From a virus (lineage: Duplodnaviria; Caudoviricetes), in the IMG/VR virus record IMGVR_UViG_3300002092_000184, positions 1 through 24,661 of that record: a stretch of 24,661 nucleotides of DNA. The stretch is one strand, 5' to 3'. Numbering within the stretch: position 1 is the first letter of the stretch; each line of letters starts with the position of its first letter. Below the pieces are notes generated by a model that had not been told where the DNA came from, made no database searches, and saw nothing but the letters and a program-made list of their open reading frames with translations. Of this stretch, positions 16,273 through 24,661 are shown one piece after another. A program made the translations under genes and the position numbers.

Positions 16273-18054
16273 TTATCCGGTACGTGATTTATTAAGCGTT
16301 GTTAACGCGTATGTTCTAGCTATACCCTGTCGTCCGTAGTTGCCACCACCAATGACACCTGCACCACCACTAGCCGGTACAATTAATTGCTCAGCCATTG
16401 ATATGGCAGTTGCAGTATTAACCTTTACGTTAGCAGCCTCTGATGGTGTTAAGGACGGTAGATTATTACCACCATCTCTAATAGTAGTTGTAGGAGTAAA
16501 TCCACCGTATACAACAGCTTGTCTTGCTCCTATTTGTTGTATACCAACAGAGCCACCCGGATCTGCAGAGTTAGAGCTATTGACATTAAAACCGCTTTCG
16601 TTTTCACCGAGTCTCATCATAAAGCTAGTCCATTCTTCTTTACTGCCTGTTTTAATGCCATAATTAGCACCATCCTCTGGCACATAGCCAATTAATGGTG
16701 AACCTTCGAGACGGGCACCAATAAGTGCGGCATATGATGCCTTATCAACTCGTGTTACCCCGTTTTTATCAACATATGTTGTAGCATCTATACCACTATT
16801 TAGCATTTGTTGATTTAATTTCGAAGAGACTGACTGTCCCTCAGGATTAAGCTTAGCTGCATAAGGTGCAGCTGTTAATGTTCCGCTATATTGACCACCA
16901 ACGTTATTACCGTATGTACCTGAATAGTTAACGCCTTGCTGTTGAAGATAAGATTGAGTAACAGCATTATCAGATATTTGTTTACGCTCGGCATTACTTG
17001 CTAATGCACGCTCAGCAGATGTTACAACTATAAAGTCTCTATCACTTGGTTGTACAGGAAATATATCTCTAAGGTTTGCAGCTGTCTGATTACCGATATT
17101 ACATAGGTATTGAATAAATTGAAATACTCTCGGTATAGCTGTATATTTTGAAGCAAGGTTTGATACAAGAGTTGGTAGGGCGATATTAATTTTTGTAAAT
17201 GTAGGTAGATCATTTATTAAATTAAGCCCGTGTGCTACAGTTGCATCTGATGCCATATTCTGTGCATTAGCAGGTACTGTATAAGCTATGTTTAATAGAT
17301 TACGTCTCATTAAAGCAGTAGTACCTCGACTGAGATTATAAGCAATGTTACGGGTATTATTACTAATCTTACTTTCTGTTGAGGCTGAGTAGGGAATAGG
17401 AACACCGTAATACTCTTGACTTACATCAAATATAGGTAGTGTTGAGTCAAGTTGAAGGTACTTAGAATTAGCAAGTGTTCCAATACTGTCGCTTACATTA
17501 TCGAAGAATGATTGTGGTGTGAGTGTTGTATCAGCAAGCGTTGCAAGTGGTCCGATAGACGATTGAGTTCCACCTAATAATTTTCCAATAGAAGTAATCG
17601 CATCACTATTGAAGATAGATTGTTGTAAATTAAATCCACTGAAGAATCCATTCTTTAAATCTTTTGAAACAGCAGGATTAAGTTGCGGTAGTATTTTTTC
17701 TCCAAAGGTTGATCCTTGATTATTAAGGGATATTAATTCTTTATTACTATACTTGAGTTTTTGAAACCAATATACGATTGTATCAAAAGAAAATGTCGTA
17801 TCATTGAATTTTTTTTGCTGTAGTGTATTACTAAGATTATTAAGTGGTGAAATAACGTCACCCTGTTTAAAAACGTCTCTGTAATTAAGCGCTGCTTGAA
17901 CTTCGGATTCTGATACGTATATTGTATCTTCTTTTTGTAAGATAATTTCAGAGTAGTTAGTATCGCTTTTTACCTGTGAGTAATAGTTTACTATATCCAC
18001 GTCTGCTAACTCAGGACCTGTCGTAATTAAATTTGTATTGCCTTGGTTTGCCAT
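16273..18054 (-). CDS. Baseplate/tail-associated protein with a C-terminal lytic transglycosylase (SLT/lysozyme-like) domain
   Basis: MMRLGENESGFN (catalytic E-S), GSVGIQQI (GLMQ-like), NVKVNTATAISM. Follows the hub gene. Confidence 0.65.
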   Translation of the reverse strand: MANQGNTNLITTGPELADVDIVNYYSQVKSDTNYSEIILQKEDTIYVSESEVQAALNYRDVFKQGDVISPLNNLSNTLQQKKFNDTTFSFDTIVYWFQKLKYSNKELISLNNQGSTFGEKILPQLNPAVSKDLKNGFFSGFNLQQSIFNSDAITSIGKLLGGTQSSIGPLATLADTTLTPQSFFDNVSDSIGTLANSKYLQLDSTLPIFDVSQEYYGVPIPYSASTESKISNNTRNIAYNLSRGTTALMRRNLLNIAYTVPANAQNMASDATVAHGLNLINDLPTFTKINIALPTLVSNLASKYTAIPRVFQFIQYLCNIGNQTAANLRDIFPVQPSDRDFIVVTSAERALASNAERKQISDNAVTQSYLQQQGVNYSGTYGNNVGGQYSGTLTAAPYAAKLNPEGQSVSSKLNQQMLNSGIDATTYVDKNGVTRVDKASYAALIGARLEGSPLIGYVPEDGANYGIKTGSKEEWTSFMMRLGENESGFNVNSSNSADPGGSVGIQQIGARQAVVYGGFTPTTTIRDGGNNLPSLTPSEAANVKVNTATAISMAEQLIVPASGGAGVIGGGNYGRQGIARTYALTTLNKSRTG

Positions 18055-18060
18055 ATGTGG

Positions 18061-19737
18061 TTAGATACTATTAGAAATTGTACCGTCTGCGTTTGTATTT
18101 TCGAGTTTATTAAAGTTGTATGTCTTAATGCAGTGAAGATTATTAAAATACTCACCGTCATTAAAAGTATGACTTACCTTAACAATAATATATATACCAA
18201 GAAGCTTGTCGTCAAACTTACTAGCTATCATTGCTCCATCTCTATCAATACCTATGAAGTTACCTGCTTGACGGTGAGTTGAGCCTGGTACTCTAAACGA
18301 TATTAAATTATTCATTAATATACTTGCGTATAAAAATCTATTACGACCAAACGCTAATCTTTGATCTGCGCTCTCATTGGATGTAGAGAATGTATTGTCA
18401 ATATTAATATTTGTACTACGATATTGACCAGGTGCAAAATTAGGGTAAGGTGGAAATTCGTTACAGCTTATTAAACAATCTACGTAGTTCTTTTTGTAGA
18501 CACGCATTCCTTCTTCGATAGAATTTCTAAGTGCATCAATATTAAATTGTTTATTATCGTAATTATAGCTATGCACAAATCTCGATACTGCCTCTTGTTG
18601 AGAGTGAAGACCTGGCATGTTATCAAATGAAAAACTTTGTATAGTACCAATACGCTCCATATAAAGAGCTCCAGCTGGTGTATAGGCGTGATCATAAAAT
18701 GGCTTACCATCTTCTTGAGTAACGCCGCCTATCTTCATAGTTTCAAGATAAGCACCACCAGGTACATCACGTTGTTTATCGTATGCTCTACTAAAATTCT
18801 GTTTAACACTTGTAAATTGAAATTCACGAGGATATCTATTTAAGTGTAAAAAACATTGATCAAATTCACTATCAGCATTTGATACATGTCTATCTAAAAG
18901 ATATTGTAAGCTATCGATAGCTTTAAATTTAGCAGGTGCTGAAAAAAAGATATTACTACCACCTACATCCCATAGTGTATTCTGGTAATCAGCTTGTGTT
19001 GTACCAGGTGCAAGCTCTACTGGTTGAGTTGTAACTGTCGTATCAGTATCTTCAGCAATTGAAATAGAATAACCATCGTTTTCTGGAAATGTAGCTTTAA
19101 TTAATTCACGTATAGCAATACCTGTTGGTATTGCTCGGTCACCGTTATCAAGCTGTGTTGGATCGCTATAATTAATATAATCTGAAGTTGTGAATGATAC
19201 ATTTTTTTCAGTCATTAACTGATATGTTAGATCCCAAAAAGATAATTTTTTAAATTTTTGATCTGGCTTATCACCTAAAATTTCTTCACTATTATAGATA
19301 GCAAAATCATATGTCATTCGAAAGAATCTTTGTTGATCCTCACTACCTGTGTCATCAGCATTTGCTTCATCTAATTTTGGCATGATATCAATTCGTAAAA
19401 TATCACGAGATTCGCCTTTAAATAAAAACCCTAAATTTTTGTTATTACCGCTATTAACACCCGCACCACTATAATACTGTGGATCAGACGGGCTACTACC
19501 AGCTATTACATCTCTTTCAATAGCGTCGTATGAATTGTCAATAATAATATATCCTTCCTGATAAAAATTGTTGTATGTATCTTCTATATAAAGGGTCTTA
19601 ACAGCAGAGGGTTTAATATTCTGACCTCTTGTCTCGGTTGGACCGTTGATGCTTATAAGTGTAATCTGAAACGCATAATAATTATTATTAATTTTATACG
19701 TAAACGCGTCATTTTTAAGCGTATCAGAAGTATTCAT
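18061..19737 (-). CDS. Baseplate hub protein (gp27-like)
   Basis: LYIEDTYNNFYQEGYIII at the N-terminus; ISFRVPGSTHRQAGNFIGI...LGIYIIVKVSHTF...YFNNLHCIK at the C-terminus, typical of gp27/gpD hub proteins. Follows gp53. Confidence 0.7.
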   Translation of the reverse strand: MNTSDTLKNDAFTYKINNNYYAFQITLISINGPTETRGQNIKPSAVKTLYIEDTYNNFYQEGYIIIDNSYDAIERDVIAGSSPSDPQYYSGAGVNSGNNKNLGFLFKGESRDILRIDIMPKLDEANADDTGSEDQQRFFRMTYDFAIYNSEEILGDKPDQKFKKLSFWDLTYQLMTEKNVSFTTSDYINYSDPTQLDNGDRAIPTGIAIRELIKATFPENDGYSISIAEDTDTTVTTQPVELAPGTTQADYQNTLWDVGGSNIFFSAPAKFKAIDSLQYLLDRHVSNADSEFDQCFLHLNRYPREFQFTSVKQNFSRAYDKQRDVPGGAYLETMKIGGVTQEDGKPFYDHAYTPAGALYMERIGTIQSFSFDNMPGLHSQQEAVSRFVHSYNYDNKQFNIDALRNSIEEGMRVYKKNYVDCLISCNEFPPYPNFAPGQYRSTNINIDNTFSTSNESADQRLAFGRNRFLYASILMNNLISFRVPGSTHRQAGNFIGIDRDGAMIASKFDDKLLGIYIIVKVSHTFNDGEYFNNLHCIKTYNFNKLENTNADGTISNSI

Positions 19738-19738
19738 A

Positions 19739-20101
19739 TTAATTTAAAGATGCAGATATTTCTTTAAGAATTTCTGCAATGTATTCAGGTTTAATTAATT
19801 TTATGACGCTTCCTACAGGAGGATTTTTAATAGGATTATAAATCTTATTCGTTAACATTATAAGCCACCACAATTCAATATTACCATAAGCATTAAAACT
19901 AATCATCGTCCATGGTAAATTTTGCTTTACGTTGAGATAAAACACTTTTGAATCATCTATCTCATCAGGTAGATATATGGACTGTAACAGATTGTAATAA
20001 TATTGATTCTGATCAGTATTATACATTTTAAAAATACGTTCATATCTAAACGTATTTAAATTAGGCAGAGATGTAATAGCGTTTTGATACTGTCCGTCCA
20101 T
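19739..20101 (-). CDS. gp53: Baseplate wedge protein (gp53-like, LysM-like fold)
   Basis: PWTMISFNAYGNIELWWLIMLTNKIYNP...GSVIKLIK. Confidence 0.85.
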   Translation of the reverse strand: MDGQYQNAITSLPNLNTFRYERIFKMYNTDQNQYYYNLLQSIYLPDEIDDSKVFYLNVKQNLPWTMISFNAYGNIELWWLIMLTNKIYNPIKNPPVGSVIKLIKPEYIAEILKEISASLN

Positions 20102-20107
20102 ATATAA

Positions 20108-20121
20108 TATTTACGTAAATA
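20108..20121. promoter_or_regulatory. Palindromic late promoter TATTTACGTAAATA (gp53)
   Basis: Perfect 14-bp palindrome. CGTAAATA on the minus strand is 6 nt before the gp53 ATG. Confidence 0.55.
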
Positions 20122-20147
20122 CAACTGTTTAACAAGAAGTACCAGTA

Positions 20148-21383
20148 TTATGCTGTCTCAATAATATTATGATTGCTAATCATATGCTGCATAAAGTTTT
20201 TAGAATTTGCAGTCATACTTTGAAGCGAGATTCGGACCTTATAAGCGTCAGGTATAATGGTCTTTATAGTAGTTACACTATTATTACTAGTTGTTGAAGT
20301 AGATGTATTATTAACTGTTGTACCGTTTGAAGGTATATTAATACTCATTTCTCTTCTTGACCCAACAAATTCAATTCCAATACTAGTAATATAACAATAA
20401 GGAAAGAATTTAACACCTGGTACTTCAACTTGATATATTACAGGTTGTTCAACTACGTTAAGACCTGTTTTACCGGGTCTGTTTTGATACACTAATAAAA
20501 ATAATAACTGCCAGTTTCTTACAACATCATCATATGTAACACTACCTGTATTAATTAAAGGAAATTCAACAGTAATTGACTCACCACCATCACTAGCATA
20601 ATTATAAAATTTAGCACGCTCAACGTATGTAACTTGAGTTGGTGAAGCAATAGCAGCAGCTGCCTCTGCTATATCAGTTGCATAGCCAGCTACCTTGCCC
20701 ATAACAGCACCGACTATCGATCCTTGACTACCGGAATCAGCAAATTGATTGCCTTGAGTAGCTTGATTATTATCAAAGTATGGTAAGATATAAACCCAAC
20801 CTGTTGGTTCAGTTAAATATAAATTTTGATAAGGCTTGAGAATTGGACTATTTGCAATAGTAGTATTATTATCGGATGCTACTTTGTTTGCTTGTGCAGC
20901 TAAATCTGCTGCGTACTGACCAGGACCTGAATTTGCAATTGCTGCACCAGCACGCGAAGCACCACTTGCCACCGTATTGCCGAGTGCGTTTGCTCCTGGT
21001 ATTTTTTGAATCAATTGTGTTAAACTTATATCTTTACTAAACTGACTTAAGGTAGCGACTGCAGCAGGTGCTGTATCAATTGCAGCTCCGAGTGAATATT
21101 TTAATTGACTAATAAGAGCATTAGTACGGAGAGCGCGCTCAGTTAAGATAATTTTTGGTACTTCTGATCTACTTACGTCACCAGGCTTAGAGTATGTCCA
21201 ATAGAAATCTCTTACAACATTAACCTGTTGATTACCAGCAGTCGAACCTTTATTGCTAACATTGTTAGCTTGAGTACCAGCAGGTCCAAGCTTTGGAATG
21301 GGTGTTAAAGCATTCGTAGATGCAATTTTACCTGAAGCATCGCTTGAGTTGTTGGTTGAAAATCCCCAGAGAAAATTAGGCAT
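20148..21383 (-). CDS. Baseplate-tail tube junction/initiator protein (gp48-like)
   Basis: C-terminal ESITVEFPLINT...PVIYQVEVPG...YCYITSIGIEF...AYKVRISLQS suggests a tube-like fold. Lies between the tape measure and gp53. Confidence 0.55.
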   Translation of the reverse strand: MPNFLWGFSTNNSSDASGKIASTNALTPIPKLGPAGTQANNVSNKGSTAGNQQVNVVRDFYWTYSKPGDVSRSEVPKIILTERALRTNALISQLKYSLGAAIDTAPAAVATLSQFSKDISLTQLIQKIPGANALGNTVASGASRAGAAIANSGPGQYAADLAAQANKVASDNNTTIANSPILKPYQNLYLTEPTGWVYILPYFDNNQATQGNQFADSGSQGSIVGAVMGKVAGYATDIAEAAAAIASPTQVTYVERAKFYNYASDGGESITVEFPLINTGSVTYDDVVRNWQLLFLLVYQNRPGKTGLNVVEQPVIYQVEVPGVKFFPYCYITSIGIEFVGSRREMSINIPSNGTTVNNTSTSTTSNNSVTTIKTIIPDAYKVRISLQSMTANSKNFMQHMISNHNIIETA

Positions 21384-21388
21384 ATAGG

Positions 21389-21396
21389 TATTTATT
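21389..21396 (-). promoter_or_regulatory. Late promoter AATAAATA (gp48-like)
   Basis: 5 nt before ATG. Confidence 0.65.
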
Positions 21397-23356
21397 ATTT
21401 CTTCATAGACGACCTAAAGTCTGTACTAGAAGCAGGGCCACTAGAAAAATTCTGTGAGTTATTAATATTATTCATTTGAATAGTCTTACCAGCATTTTCC
21501 TTAAACTGTGCAAAATTAGTTACTAATGCATTTGTATTTTCAGCTGTTTGCTTGCTAAATGTAAGCATCTGTGCTATTAAATCGTTTTGCGATTTAACAG
21601 TTTCATGTACATCACCAAGCTTTTCAGCTTGTTCGTTATCACCCTCAGCTGTAGATGGTAATTGTAACTCTTTTGGCTCAACAGATGCTTCAATTTGTGT
21701 ACTAGGTGTTGAATTTTCATTTGTTTCTGTTTTAGCAGATGGTGGTTTTGTTTCACTTGTTGCTTTCGCAGCTTTTATTTTTTCCTCTTCTGCTTCTTTA
21801 GCTTGAGATTCCTTAATACCAGCTATATCGATACCCATAGATTTGAGTGATTTAACAGCAATTGATCTTAAACCACCCCACTCAGGTATCATATCAACAA
21901 TACCAACAAGAATACTATCAATTACACTCATTATACCTTTACCAATTTTAGCAAAAATGTCTTTGAAGATATCAAGCTTTTTAGTATTAGCTTTAGCATC
22001 TGCTCCACCAGATTTGACATCCAAAAATGCATTTAATACATCTAACCCGATACTTAGAGCTGTACCGATGCCGGGTATCATTGTGGCAAGTGCTGATGCT
22101 ACATCAATAATACCACCAATAATGTCACCCTTCTTGAAGCGTGAGTAAGCAAACGACAACCCAAGAATAGTACCAATAATAGGAATACGCTTGAGTACAT
22201 TTTTACTAAAAAGTTTACCAATACCCTTAAAGAGAGTATTTATTATACCCTTACCACCCTTCATTCCTAATCCCTTTGTCATACTACCGACAGCTTTTGT
22301 ACCTACACCAAAGAAATCTTTTACATACTTTATTGCCATTCTCGGTACCTTAAGTAATGCATCTTCTATTCGTTTAAAGAATAACATTCTTAATGACGTA
22401 ACTCTGCTCCCGAATTTTTTCATTGCAGATGATACGGTTGTGGTAAATCCCTTTATAACCTTTTCACCAAAAAATAATTTTGCAAGATCTCCAAATGCTT
22501 TTGATAGTTTTACCGCTCCTTTTTTTAATATTGAAAGTCCTAAAGCTAAACCACCTCTACCTAATAATTTTTTTAGGCCCTTAAGTGGGCCACTATCGGT
22601 CAACCCGCTAATAAGGGCTGCAATACCTGCAATTGAAGCTGCAGCTCCGCCTAACATTAGTAATAAGGGGCCAAGAATAGGACCAAGCATCATTGCAAGA
22701 TCGCCAAGATAATCTAAAATACTTTTTGGCTTTTCTTTTTTAGGAGCTGTATTGTTTAATATATCTTTAAGGATGTATTGAATTTCATTAAGAGGTGTTT
22801 CTAGCTTATGATAAAAAGATAAAAGCTCAGAATCTAAAATATCCTCAAGCATTACTTTTGTCTTTGGTGTAAATTCTATATTGACAGTATCGTGAGCTGC
22901 TTCATTCTTTTTACCAATAAAGGTTTTTTTACTTTCCTTTTTACCAAACATACCACTTACTAGATTAGCAAGCAATCCTGGTTCTTTTGCATCTGTCTTC
23001 TTTTCTTTCTTTACATCTTTTAAAGAATCATTAACAGCGTATACAGGTATAACTTTTGATGAAGAAGAAAGTGATTTAGCTCTATCTGCTGATACTGTCT
23101 TAATATCATTAAGACCACCGGGTTTATCTGTACCTTCATCTGCTTTACTGGATGGTTGTTGTAATGCTTTTACAGCTTCAACAATACTGTTAACCTTCTC
23201 GAGGTATGTAGTAATTGTGCTGAAACTATCTCCAACTAAGGTCTGGAGCTTATCTAGTGCCTGTACCTGATTACGTTGACTCTCTTTGAATTGATCAAAG
23301 AAAGGCTTACCGAATACAGATTGTAGGTCGCTTAGCGTTATTGTGTCTCCAGCCAT
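21395..23356 (-). CDS. Tape-measure/hub protein (gp29-like)
   Basis: 653 aa, Lys/Gly-rich amphipathic helices, hydrophobic segments (LAMMLGPILGPLLLMLGGAAASIAGIAALISG; KRIPIIGTILGLSFAYSRFKKGDIIGGIIDVASALATMIPGIGTALSIGLD) and an N-rich C-terminus. Synteny fits. Confidence 0.65.
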   Translation of the reverse strand: MAGDTITLSDLQSVFGKPFFDQFKESQRNQVQALDKLQTLVGDSFSTITTYLEKVNSIVEAVKALQQPSSKADEGTDKPGGLNDIKTVSADRAKSLSSSSKVIPVYAVNDSLKDVKKEKKTDAKEPGLLANLVSGMFGKKESKKTFIGKKNEAAHDTVNIEFTPKTKVMLEDILDSELLSFYHKLETPLNEIQYILKDILNNTAPKKEKPKSILDYLGDLAMMLGPILGPLLLMLGGAAASIAGIAALISGLTDSGPLKGLKKLLGRGGLALGLSILKKGAVKLSKAFGDLAKLFFGEKVIKGFTTTVSSAMKKFGSRVTSLRMLFFKRIEDALLKVPRMAIKYVKDFFGVGTKAVGSMTKGLGMKGGKGIINTLFKGIGKLFSKNVLKRIPIIGTILGLSFAYSRFKKGDIIGGIIDVASALATMIPGIGTALSIGLDVLNAFLDVKSGGADAKANTKKLDIFKDIFAKIGKGIMSVIDSILVGIVDMIPEWGGLRSIAVKSLKSMGIDIAGIKESQAKEAEEEKIKAAKATSETKPPSAKTETNENSTPSTQIEASVEPKELQLPSTAEGDNEQAEKLGDVHETVKSQNDLIAQMLTFSKQTAENTNALVTNFAQFKENAGKTIQMNNINNSQNFSSGPASSTDFRSSMKK

Positions 23357-23362
23357 TTAAAA

Positions 23363-23370
23363 TATTTAAT
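23363..23370 (-). promoter_or_regulatory. Late promoter ATTAAATA (tape measure)
   Basis: 6 nt before ATG. Confidence 0.55.
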
Positions 23371-23379
23371 AAAAACATT

Positions 23380-24138
23380 TTAAATCGTAAAGAAGCTTCC
23401 ATCAATTTCAATCGAACCGTTATCTACAGCTGTGTATTTGCTTTCAAATTCCCTATATCTCTTAACAAAATCTAAAACTTGGTTTGTTAATGTAGTTGGA
23501 AACTTCTCTGTAATAGCTAACTTATCTTCGGTCTTAATGTCTGCGAAGTTAATAACTGAATCACCTGCTTCATTCTTAAATGTAACAGTTTTAATAAATT
23601 TTATTACTTCGTGAATAAAGAGCTCACCAATTAAAGTTCTAATATCATCACTCTGTGCTGCCTTGATCTTATTCATTACAACAACACTGATATCTCTATC
23701 TATGCTTAACGTAGGGACCTCAAGGTCTACCCGTAGATTCTTAACTTCAACAGTGGATGATACAGATTTTGTATCAACAGGGATCTCCGTAATCTCCTTA
23801 AGTTTATCCCTAAGATCATATGTACTATCCTCTAGTGTATAAATTGGATCTAAACTTGCACAACGTAAAGCAATCGCAATTGCAATTCTATCATAGATAT
23901 AAAAAGAGTTGATGTTAATTGTCTCGAGAATACTTTCTTGTATAATTGAATAGAAATTTGTAATAAATGAAATCTTCGTTAACGTTTCCTCAACAGAGGA
24001 TTTAAGTAAGTTTTTTTGTTGACGGAGATTCAACGGCTTAAACATAACAGTACGCTTTAAAGATGGGACATAAACATCAACACCTGACTGTTGGTTAAGT
24101 GTATCAAGCTGTTTAAGAATGTCATTTACATTACTCAT
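23380..24138 (-). CDS. gp26: Baseplate hub assembly protein (gp26-like)
   Basis: VYVPSLKRTVMFKPLNLRQQKNLLK...FYIYDRIAIAIALRCASL...LEVPTL...DGSFFT. Confidence 0.75.
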   Translation of the reverse strand: MSNVNDILKQLDTLNQQSGVDVYVPSLKRTVMFKPLNLRQQKNLLKSSVEETLTKISFITNFYSIIQESILETININSFYIYDRIAIAIALRCASLDPIYTLEDSTYDLRDKLKEITEIPVDTKSVSSTVEVKNLRVDLEVPTLSIDRDISVVVMNKIKAAQSDDIRTLIGELFIHEVIKFIKTVTFKNEAGDSVINFADIKTEDKLAITEKFPTTLTNQVLDFVKRYREFESKYTAVDNGSIEIDGSFFTI

Positions 24139-24156
24139 ATTAGTATATATTATCGG

Positions 24157-24660
24157 TTACGGTGAATTCAACGGAATACTCTCGTTACCTTTTTCTGCTT
24201 TCTCTCTTTCTTTCTGCTCTTCTTTATAGAGGCTTGTATATATTGCTAATTCTGCCGGTGTAGAATTACACATTAAATCGTAACTTATACGGTTATGTTT
24301 AAAAAGAAAATACTCAAGCTCATAGATTGACATAAGATTCTTCTTAAAGCAAATTTTAAGAAACTCAATTACCGAACCGTTGAAAAAATTAGCGGTAATT
24401 TGAACCTGAGATGCATTATCACTATATGGTGACGTAATGTTAATTAACTCAAACTCATTTAATTTTTCACTTATATCACTAATATAACTTTTTGCATCTT
24501 TTAAAACCACTGCAGGTAATTTTTCAACTAATAAATTTGTATCTTGTGTTGAGTGTTCACCTATTGTTACTGTATTAATAACTGACTGTAGAGCATTTAT
24601 GTCTGTGGATATATATAGATCTTTTGGTATGTTAAATAAAACAGATATATCTTTACCGTA
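24157..24660 (-). CDS. gp26-like/gp51-like hub assembly protein; 5' end lies beyond the right edge of the window
   Basis: The frame is open from the window edge (YGKDISVLFNIPKDLY...LVEKLPAVVLKDAKSYI). The C-terminus LMSIYELEYFLFKHNRISYDLMCNSTPAELAIYTSLYKEE resembles gp51-like proteins. Confidence 0.6.
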   Translation of the reverse strand, partial: YGKDISVLFNIPKDLYISTDINALQSVINTVTIGEHSTQDTNLLVEKLPAVVLKDAKSYISDISEKLNEFELINITSPYSDNASQVQITANFFNGSVIEFLKICFKKNLMSIYELEYFLFKHNRISYDLMCNSTPAELAIYTSLYKEEQKEREKAEKGNESIPLNSP

Positions 24661-24661
24661 T

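Noticed and set aside
14823-16663. Plus-strand ORFs of 109, 65 and 107 aa
   Set aside because: Antisense shadows inside well-supported minus-strand genes.
21552-22712. Plus-strand ORFs of 84, 101 and 173 aa
   Set aside because: Antisense shadows of the tape-measure gene, with no promoter motif or recognisable protein features.
24157-24510. 117-aa ORF starting at GTG 24510
   Set aside because: The frame stays open to the window edge, so this is the 3' part of a longer gene.
1-24661. Stop-codon reassignment (alternative genetic code)
   Set aside because: All core genes are full-length under code 11, and TAG terminates gp4 and gp44 at their expected ends.
1-24661. CRISPR arrays, tRNAs, introns/inteins, DGR repeats
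   Set aside because: No spaced direct repeats, cloverleaf motifs or long duplicated segments were seen. Portal, protease, clamp loader and capsid frames are uninterrupted and of normal size.

Overview
This window is part of the virion morphogenesis region of a large T4-like (Tevenvirinae-like) myovirus. It is AT-rich, reads in standard genetic code 11, and most genes are on the minus strand. In transcription order (right to left) it holds: a gp26/gp51-like hub assembly gene (partial), gp26, a gp29-like tape measure, gp48-like, gp53, a gp27-like hub, two large proteins with peptidoglycan-hydrolase domains (SLT-like and CHAP/NlpC-like), a plus-strand small terminase-like gene, dUTPase with clamp loader gp44, a plus-strand putative internal head protein, gp25, gp6, a PKD-containing gp7-like protein, portal gp20, neck gp13, gp4, prohead protease gp21, a gp67-like core protein, scaffold gp22 and major capsid gp23 (partial). 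Notable points: T4 late-promoter TAAATA boxes sit 5-6 nt before many start codons with no Shine-Dalgarno; two muralytic domains lie back-to-back across a gene junction where gp5 would be expected; a probable collapsed homing-endonuclease remnant sits next to a gp13 with a hydrophobic C-terminal extension; and the core protein looks like a polyprotein with a His/Cys motif. All functional calls come from motif recognition and synteny by eye, with no database search.
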